Origin: Eledone cirrhosa
Taxonomy: Eukaryota
Assembly: GCA_964016885.1 (NCBI GenBank)
Contig: OZ024740.1
Location: 228,718,001-228,782,000, forward strand
Direction of reading: 5' to 3'
Length of the DNA: 64,000 nt
Shown here: piece by piece, positions 56,432-64,000 of the stretch
How positions within the stretch are numbered: position 1 is the stretch's first letter
Layout: each line of letters opens with the position of its first letter
Program-made: the position numbers and the translations under genes
The notes under the pieces: model-generated
Databases searched by the model: none
Seen by the model: only the letters and a program-made list of their open reading frames with translations
Told to the model about the DNA's origin: nothing

Positions 56432-56573
56432 ACACACACACGCACACATACACATAAATATGTATGTATGTGTTCTTCCGCCCTTTGTGAGGTTTTGTTT
56501 ATTGTCAACGGCCATCCAAAAATGTGTAAATATGTATATACATATGTACATATGTATGTGTATGTATATGCGC

Positions 56574-56940
56574 GGGGACATAGAAATAATTGGGCTGGAT
56601 ACCCCATCTCGCGGTTAAACCACTGGGAATGAAGGACCCCTAGCCTTTGTCAGGGCATTCTTCTAGGAGAAGGCAACTCAGGAAACTGGGATAACTCGGA
56701 CATAAAACCAGCGGCTTAGTAGTTACCGACGATATTAACCTTTTCTTCTTTTCAGGTTATAGCTACTGTCGCTCTGAGAGTGGGATTGGCTCAGTGCACA
56801 GTCTTTCCTCACTGTAAAAAAAATTTTCACGCACAGGCATTGCGATAGAATTAATTAATAATTATTAATAATGGTATATCGTGCAATGGCCATATTCGAT
56901 AACGAGGGGGCAGCTATCATCATGTATGTACGTATGCATT
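56574..56940 (+). mobile_element. Internally deleted RTE derivative (5' UTR joined to 3' end)
   Basis: CTAGGAGAAGG-type RTE 5' motif; 3' TGGCCATATTCGATAACGAG..GCAGC..CATGTATG matches 57257-57300. Confidence 0.55.
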
Positions 56941-56969
56941 CATGTATGTATGTATGTATGTATATATAT

Positions 56970-57300
56970 GATGTTGACTTGTTCTTCTTTTTGGTAAATA
57001 TCATCTTGGTTAAGAGAGTGTGACTGGCTTTGTGCAGTGCCTTTGCTCACTATAAAAGCTTCACGGCACAGGCATTGCTTTATATCTGGAGATCTCTCTG
57101 CACTTGTCGTCACATGGTACCATGGGCCCAGCACTATGTGTCAATAATTGTCACAAGTCTAGTGTTTGTACCAGAGTTTTCAAGTCGCTGGCTGGACTAA
57201 AAAGTCACACTCGTTCAGCGCATCGGTAGGGGTTCTCCTACATGGATATAAGGTAGTGGCCGTACTCGAAAACGAGTTGGCAGCCACCATGTATGTATGT
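56970..57300 (+). mobile_element. Internally deleted RTE derivative with C-terminal zinc-finger remnant and (ATGT) tail
   Basis: 57152-57229 translates HKSSVCTRVFKSLAGLKSHTRSAHR*; shares CACAGGCATTGC block with 56790-56845. Confidence 0.65.
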
Positions 57301-57651
57301 TCTCTCTTTCCCTTAATTTTGAGTATATTTTTGACAGGCCACCTTCCCGGTGTCAAGTTTGTAAAAAAAAAAGAAAAGGAAATTGTCTTCGCCACTTATG
57401 TAAGCATTCATTCTTTCAATCGTAAGAATGTTTTACGGATTCGGAAAGCATTTGCAGCTTATTAATTAAAGAGCTACGTTCTTTCTGTCTAAATCCAATT
57501 TCAGTTATACTTTGGCCCAGGCGGATTGGTTTATAAAACTGGTATGAAGCTGAACGTATATCTTGGACACAGGATCTGCAAACTCCTCTTCAATGATCCG
57601 TAGATATCTCCCTTGTCTTGCATTTTTTTACCACATTGACATCAAGTGGGC

Positions 57652-57652
<1 letters not shown>
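57301..57652 (-). mobile_element. 3' fragment of the R4/Dong-like family
   Basis: Collinear with 41457-41815 (GAGTATATTTTT..GACAGGCCACCTTCC, GCAAGAATGTTTTAC-like, CAAGTGGGCA). Confidence 0.85.
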
Positions 57653-57689
<37 letters not shown>

Positions 57690-57713
57690 CGCGCGCGCAC
57701 ACACACACGCACG

Positions 57714-57796
<83 letters not shown>

Positions 57797-57809
57797 GTAT
57801 ATATATATA

Positions 57810-57934
57810 ATAAAGAAAGTGTGGTAACAAACCAGGTAGACCATTACGCACCAGACTACTCGATACTTAGGGTAGTAGAGCGGATCTAGCTGTCGAAACG
57901 GCCGGAGCTCAGCCGTCGAGATCCTGACTCTTTT

Positions 57935-57938
<4 letters not shown>
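57810..57938 (-). mobile_element. Internally deleted member of the 55737 family
   Basis: Inverse tail plus GTCGAAACGGC.GGAGCTCAGCCGTCG arm; TA flanks. Confidence 0.8.
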
Positions 57939-57975
<37 letters not shown>

Positions 57976-57978
<3 letters not shown>

Positions 57979-58173
57979 GATAAATCTACCAAAAGTTTAC
58001 GGTTGTGTCCAATCCGTATGAAGAACTCAATGTAATCCGGATATCATGAAAAGAAAAGATGCATTGAAAAACTACTTTCGGTGAAAAATAACCTAGAAAC
58101 GATCGTAAAATAATGAACTTTTTTTGTTTAATATAAGGAACTGTTTCTTTGTTTATTCATTATTTTTTTAATA

Positions 58174-58177
<4 letters not shown>
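57976..58177. mobile_element. Tail + short inverted pLTR remnant of the 60998-62722 Penelope-like family
   Basis: 57976-58070 matches 60998-61090; CCTAGAAACGATCGTAAAAT matches 62641-62660. Confidence 0.85.
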
Positions 58178-58222
<45 letters not shown>

Positions 58223-58226
<4 letters not shown>

Positions 58227-58635
58227 AAAGAATAGAGGTGTAACACACAAGTTATTATATATTGGTAAACGGAATAGAAAATGCTGACAAATTGTTCACA
58301 GTTGAAAAATGGTTTAATTAGGAATAAAAGAGTATTAGTGATTGTATGGGTTAGTATTCAGTTGTGGTTTTAAGTTTTTAGGTTTTTACCGGTTGCGCAT
58401 TTCTAAATGCTTTTCAAAAATAGTTTTGAGATAGAGTGTCCGTGAGCAAACAACACGGACACTCTATCTCAAAACTATTTTTGAAAAGCATTTAGAAATG
58501 CGCAACCGGTAAAAACCTAAAAACTTAAAACCTCAACTGAATACTAGCCCATGCAATCACTAATACTCTTTTATTCCTAATTAAACCATTTTTCAACTGT
58601 GAACAATTTGTCAGCATTTTCTATTCCGTTTACCA

Positions 58636-58640
<5 letters not shown>
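58223..58640 (-). mobile_element. Near-perfect 187-bp-arm hairpin (9-nt loop) plus tail; same family as 52051-52673
   Basis: 58258-58444 is the inverse of 58454-58640 with about 3 mismatches. Confidence 0.92.
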
Positions 58641-58669
<29 letters not shown>

Positions 58670-58677
58670 TTGTGTGC

Positions 58678-58778
<101 letters not shown>

Positions 58779-59139
58779 GCATATAAACGTCCAGCCATAA
58801 ATCCATCCATCCATACAAACATGCAAATATTGTCTTCTGAACTATCTGCACGCAATAAATGAATAAATACCCCACGATGCGTTTGCTGTGCCTGTGCTGA
58901 CACCAATAGTTGAACTACTTGACTGGATATATACGAGATATCCGGGTTCATTAGCTATAATACACATATATATATATATATACGATATATCCGGGTTCAT
59001 TGACTATAATATGTATATTTATATACGATACATCCTGGTTCATTAACTATCTGTAGAGAGAGTGAGAATAGAACAATTTTTATTTGGAAAGTTGAAAATT
59101 TTATTTTTAAATTAAAAATATCCACTTGTACAACGTGTA

Positions 59140-59450
59140 AATGAACTCGGAATCTTTGGTCTCCGGTCGGTTTCGACAAATATTCCAGATTTTCGAACAG
59201 AGCAGCCTACTCGTAAAATTACCATGCAGATGGCTGAGCATTCTACAGACACCTGCATATTTAACATAGTTCCGTCGGTGGTTCCCTGTCACACAATGTG
59301 TGACAATGCTGTTTTCTCTTTTAATTACAGGTATAACTCTTTTTCTCGCAGTTAAGTGGACTGGAGTAACATGAATGACAAAACCTGCAACCTACTAATG
59401 ACCTTACAATTTTGAACTGAACAATGTAACCACTAAGCCCCCACGCACCT
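59140..59450 (-). mobile_element. SINE family B, degenerate
   Basis: GGCTGAGCATTCTACAGACAC and ATGTGTGACAA are inverse to the body of 14836-15146. Confidence 0.6.
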
Positions 59451-60424
59451 TCACATCAACCCGAATGAACAACAGAGGTATATTAGCCACAATCTGAATC
59501 AAAATTTTATGTGAGACTACGTCGCAGCCATCAAACTGATTTGGGTGATGAAAGAGTTAGTAATTAATCGCATTATGGAAATATCTCCTCTGGCTAGACA
59601 ACAAACTAGACTTTTACCGTTTGGTAGGTGAGAGAAAATTAGCATCCAAGCCCCTTTATTTTTTTCAGGGCCTCCAATATAATTGGAAGGAAGGGGGAAA
59701 AATGGAAAGGAAAAGTACTGTTTGGCAGATTGGTCTAAGGAGATGATGTTTCCATTGGTCATTATTGTTGGAACTACTTGATGGTCGCATCTCCTGAAAG
59801 AAGGATGTCAGGTTTGACCTCAGAATGCACAAAATTGGATGAAATAAGGCAAAGCATCCCGTACAGCCCTTTAACAATTCTATCAATTCACTGCCCCTTG
59901 CATGTTTGTTACATTATTTAATCGACCCCCGAATAAATGAAAGGCTAGGTTGACCTCAGTGGGATTTGAACGAAGAGTGCAGTTAATCGAAACAATTACA
60001 CAGGCCGTAAAGACTCCGATAATTCGTCGCCTAGGAAGGAAGAAAGTCACTCTTAAATCGGATACCTAATCTGAATGCTTGTTACAGAGTGAAACCAAAA
60101 TTGAGGTGGTGGTGGTAAACTGGACAATAGGTTAAGTCTACCACCAAAGAAATTAAAGCGCAAAGAACTAGGTGAAACATCTCAATGTGCTTTGTCCAAC
60201 GCTCTCCAAATAAATTACTAATCCACCACCCTGGATTCGAACCTTATCTTACTGACACCAGTGAAAGGCAAAGTTGGCGGCAGCAGGGTTTGAACACAGA
60301 GCAGAGAAAGCCAGCCACATATACCGTAAGGAATATTGCCCTGCGCTTTAATAACTCTGTTAATTCGCCGACTATAAATGTAAAATTTCAGCTGCAAAAT
60401 GTAAGAATCGTGTCTAATATTTGA

Positions 60425-60997
<573 letters not shown>

Positions 60998-61186
60998 TAG
61001 ATAAATCTACCAAAATATACGGTAGTGTCCAATCCGTATGAAGAACTCAATGTAATCCAAATATCATGAAAAGAGAAGATGCATTCAAAAATTTTCGATG
61101 AAAATCATACGAAAACAGAGTCAAGATAAATTAATAAAAAACAATGAAATAAAAACAAAGAACAAGTTCCTTATATTAAAAAAATT

Positions 61187-61320
61187 CATCATTTTACGAT
61201 CGTTTCTAGGATGTATATGTGTGTTGGTATGTATATCATATAGATCTATGTAAAAATATTACAAATTATCAGAGGAAATATACACACCTTCACATATACA
61301 TGCTGTCTTCAGAAATGATG
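61187..61320 (-). ncRNA. Type I hammerhead motif with extended stem II (inverted pLTR copy)
   Basis: Minus strand: CATCATTT CTGAAGA ... GAAA CGATCG TA AAATGATG. Confidence 0.75.
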
Positions 61321-61589
61321 AGATTTTTTTAATTAAAAAAACAACAACAAAGATTTAATATAAAAGGTCTGTTTGGTTTGTTGCGGTTTATTTTAGTATT
61401 ATGGTTGGTTTGATGTGTTGGTGGTATATATATATATATATATATATTACATTTGTATGCGTTGTACGCACTTATACATCAAACCAACTATAATACTAAA
61501 ATAAACCGCAACAAACCACCATCTCCTTCACCTATAACAAGTCGAGTAAATTCCACACCAAATTTGACTATCTCTCCTGATATAATATT

Positions 61590-62025
61590 CACGAATAGTT
61601 GTAACTGTAGAATCAAAAGAAATTGCCCATTAAAGGGAAATTCTCTTATTAATAACATAGTCTATAAATGTAAAATTAGCACTAAGGACTCCACTTATTC
61701 ATATATAGGAGCTACGTCTAACCAATTTAAAGTAAGATTTAATACCCACAAACATAGTTTTAAAAATGCCGCATTAGCTAATACAACATCCTTGGCTGAA
61801 ACAATTAATAATTATAGAAAGAAGAATATCGATTACAACCTGACCTGAAGTATGCTCAAAAGGGCCACACCTTATCAAAATAACAGATACGAGTGTATGT
61901 TATGCTCCCAGGAACTTTTTGAAATCATGAAATCTAAGGATATCCTATTAAATAAGCGACAAGAATTAATTATATCTTGCAATCATAGAATTAGAAGAAC
62001 CTTCAAATATCATAAACCTAATTAA
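61590..62025 (+). pseudogene. Penelope-type GIY-YIG endonuclease domain with an in-frame stop
   Basis: CNCR..CPLKG..IVYKC..YIGAT..FKVRFNTHKHSF; TGA at 61846 where Trp is expected; continues C.LC..E..LLNKRQE..SCNH. Confidence 0.9.
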
Positions 62026-62530
62026 TATACACCTTACACTTATATTTTACATATTATTATAATTAGTTTTTTAAATTTAGTTAACCTACAGAGAACTTCA
62101 TAATTTTATTTCCCTCTTACAGCTCTCTTTTCCTAAAATTAATACCTAAAAGTATACCTATAAATTAATTTAATTTCCTGTTATGAATCTAGATTCCTTG
62201 TAGTTTATATAAGATTGGTATTTCTCACTACTACCCTTATCCCAAAATTTTACTTTCCTTCGTTTTTAACAACACTCTTTAATAACACCAAAATTTCGTG
62301 TACCCTTCACTAGCTTGACCTCTTTTCATCCCCAAAGTATTCTTTTCATTCAAAGTATTCTTTTCATTCAAAACATAAGTCTTCACTCCTCTACCCCTAA
62401 ATTAAATTTCTACTACCACTATTCTATCAACTTGACCTCTAACTACTTTTCTATTGGTCAATTCAAAACCTGTTCCCAAACAGACCTTTTATATTAAATC
62501 TTTGTTGGTTTTTTTTCAATAAACAAATCT

Positions 62531-62664
62531 CATCATTTCTGAAGACAGCATGTATATGTGCAGGTATGTATATTTCCTCTGATAATTTGTAATATTTTTA
62601 CATAGATCTATATGATATACATACCAACACACATATACATCCTAGAAATGATCGTAAAATGATG
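62531..62664 (+). ncRNA. Type I hammerhead motif with extended stem II
   Basis: Stem I CATCATTT/AAATGATG (8 bp); CTGAAGA 62539; stem II ATGTATATGTG/CACATATACAT; GAAA 62645; GUA site. Confidence 0.75.
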
Positions 62665-62718
62665 AATTTTTTTAATATAAGGAACTTGTTCTTTGTTTTT
62701 ATTTCATTGTTTTTATTA

Positions 62719-62801
<83 letters not shown>

Positions 62802-62879
62802 ACAGTTAAAATCTGTCACAAACGAGAGCTTATTCTGGTTTCATAGTCGCTAAGCGACTGAGATTACAAGAGTTACCCT

Positions 62880-63060
62880 GTCCATCACAGGTTTAACCCC
62901 CAGATGTTTCTGTTACTGCTGCTGGTGGTGGTACTCATTTTCAGCTGAGTTGACTGGAGCAACGTGAGATGGAATGCTTTAATTAAGAACACAATGCGTC
63001 ACCAGGTCCAGGTATCGAAGGCAGGACATTTATGATCGTATGCCGAACGCTCTAACCACT
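62880..63060 (-). mobile_element. SINE family B head
   Basis: Minus strand AGTGGTTAGAGCG..TTCGATACC..CACGTTGCTCCAGTCAACTCAGCTG. Confidence 0.7.
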
Positions 63061-63062
63061 GT

Positions 63063-64000
63063 ACAGAGAGATAAATTTCTTTATTAGCCACAAGGGCACA
63101 AAAGAAGGGGACAAATACAAATGGGGAGTTTACATACAGGTATATGAAAATAAAACTATTAATAAAATAACAAATAACAATTGAAATCCCCAATAGAGGG
63201 GAGGCGTTACACAGGGGTTGTACACACCCAGAAAAAATGTACAACCCTCATCTCCAGGAGCACCAAGAGTGAGTACACCCTTCCTCTCTTCCTCTTTTTC
63301 CTCAATCTACAGGCTTATATAGAGAGAAGGCCCAAACACTCGGGCCATCTTTGCCACATTCACCCACCTTTTATAAAATTTGCTGGGGTACAGTACCTCT
63401 CTCTCCATCCTGATTCTTCTTCCAAAATGATATTTGAAAAAACGAATCAGTTGCTTGCCGGAGAGAAAGGTGTCTGACCTCAGCCCTTTTAACCTCAGCC
63501 CTTTTAACCTCGTCCACCATATAACCTCTTTCACCATAGCCATAACACATAGGAAAACCGCCTCTCCCTCGTTTTTGAAGGAGGGTGGCAGTTTGATCAT
63601 AACAATGGACTCGGTGGTCAACTGGATTGGTCCCACCCGCGACAATAGTCGTTCTAGATAGCCCCACAGGTCGGTAACGCCCGGGCAGTGTACAAATGCG
63701 TGCGCGACGGTTTCCTCGTCGCGCACGCATCTCGGACAGATCTTTTTCGAAGGTTCCCTGCCCGGGCGCCCGTGTCTGTAGAGCTTGTCTCGAACTGGTA
63801 GAGCTCCTCGGTAGCACTGCCAGGCCAGGGACTTTTGGAAGTTGTCCATTGGTCCCGGGCGGAAGGTCCTATCGAACAGACTGACTAGTTCGTCCTCCTC
63901 TACGCCCAGAGTTTCTCCGAGCGCGTCGTCGCACTTGCTGCGGACCAACCCTCTATAGAATGTCGAAGTGGAGTCGCCACTGACCGCCGGGTCCGTTTGC
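63063..64000 (-). mobile_element. Tx1/L1-clade LINE 3' end; ORF2 C-terminus open to the window edge
   Basis: ORF 63307-63948 with LAWQCYRGALPVRDKL..CPRC...ETVAHAFVHCP (zf-RVT-like); AATAAAGAAA terminus. Confidence 0.92.

Larger units (their letters stand above)
60998..62722 (+). mobile_element. Penelope-like element remnant with inverted pseudo-LTRs
   Basis: 61126-61377 is the inverse of 62476-62722; GIY-YIG frame between them; a hammerhead in each repeat. Confidence 0.9.

Overview
Repeat-dominated animal genomic DNA with no recognisable housekeeping gene. The tRNA-derived SINE motifs and microsatellite load resemble Octopus, but that is inference. Positions 1-37 kb are mostly ACC/GGT-derived tandem arrays: a 36-bp array split by a 200-N gap, a 39-bp minisatellite, and a ~17-kb array of 51-bp units. 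On the minus strand the 51-bp array reads as a Thr/Asn/Ser mucin-like frame dense in N-glycosylation sequons, and it carries an internal ~4-kb inversion. Positions 37-64 kb are microsatellites interleaved with decayed retroelements: an R4/Dong-like RT+RLE LINE, three Tx1/L1 3' ends, RTE fragments, two SINE families and a Penelope-like GIY-YIG remnant. The most distinctive signal is a cluster at 52-63 kb of four type I hammerhead ribozyme motifs plus several unrelated (TA)n-embedded 'hairpin + one-sided tail' elements. At least two of these hairpin families retain the GAAA/stem III/cleavage half of a hammerhead, consistent with truncated fold-back Penelope/retrozyme insertions. Most ORFs in the supplied track are low-complexity artefacts. 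Coordinates were read by eye and may be off by a few bases.
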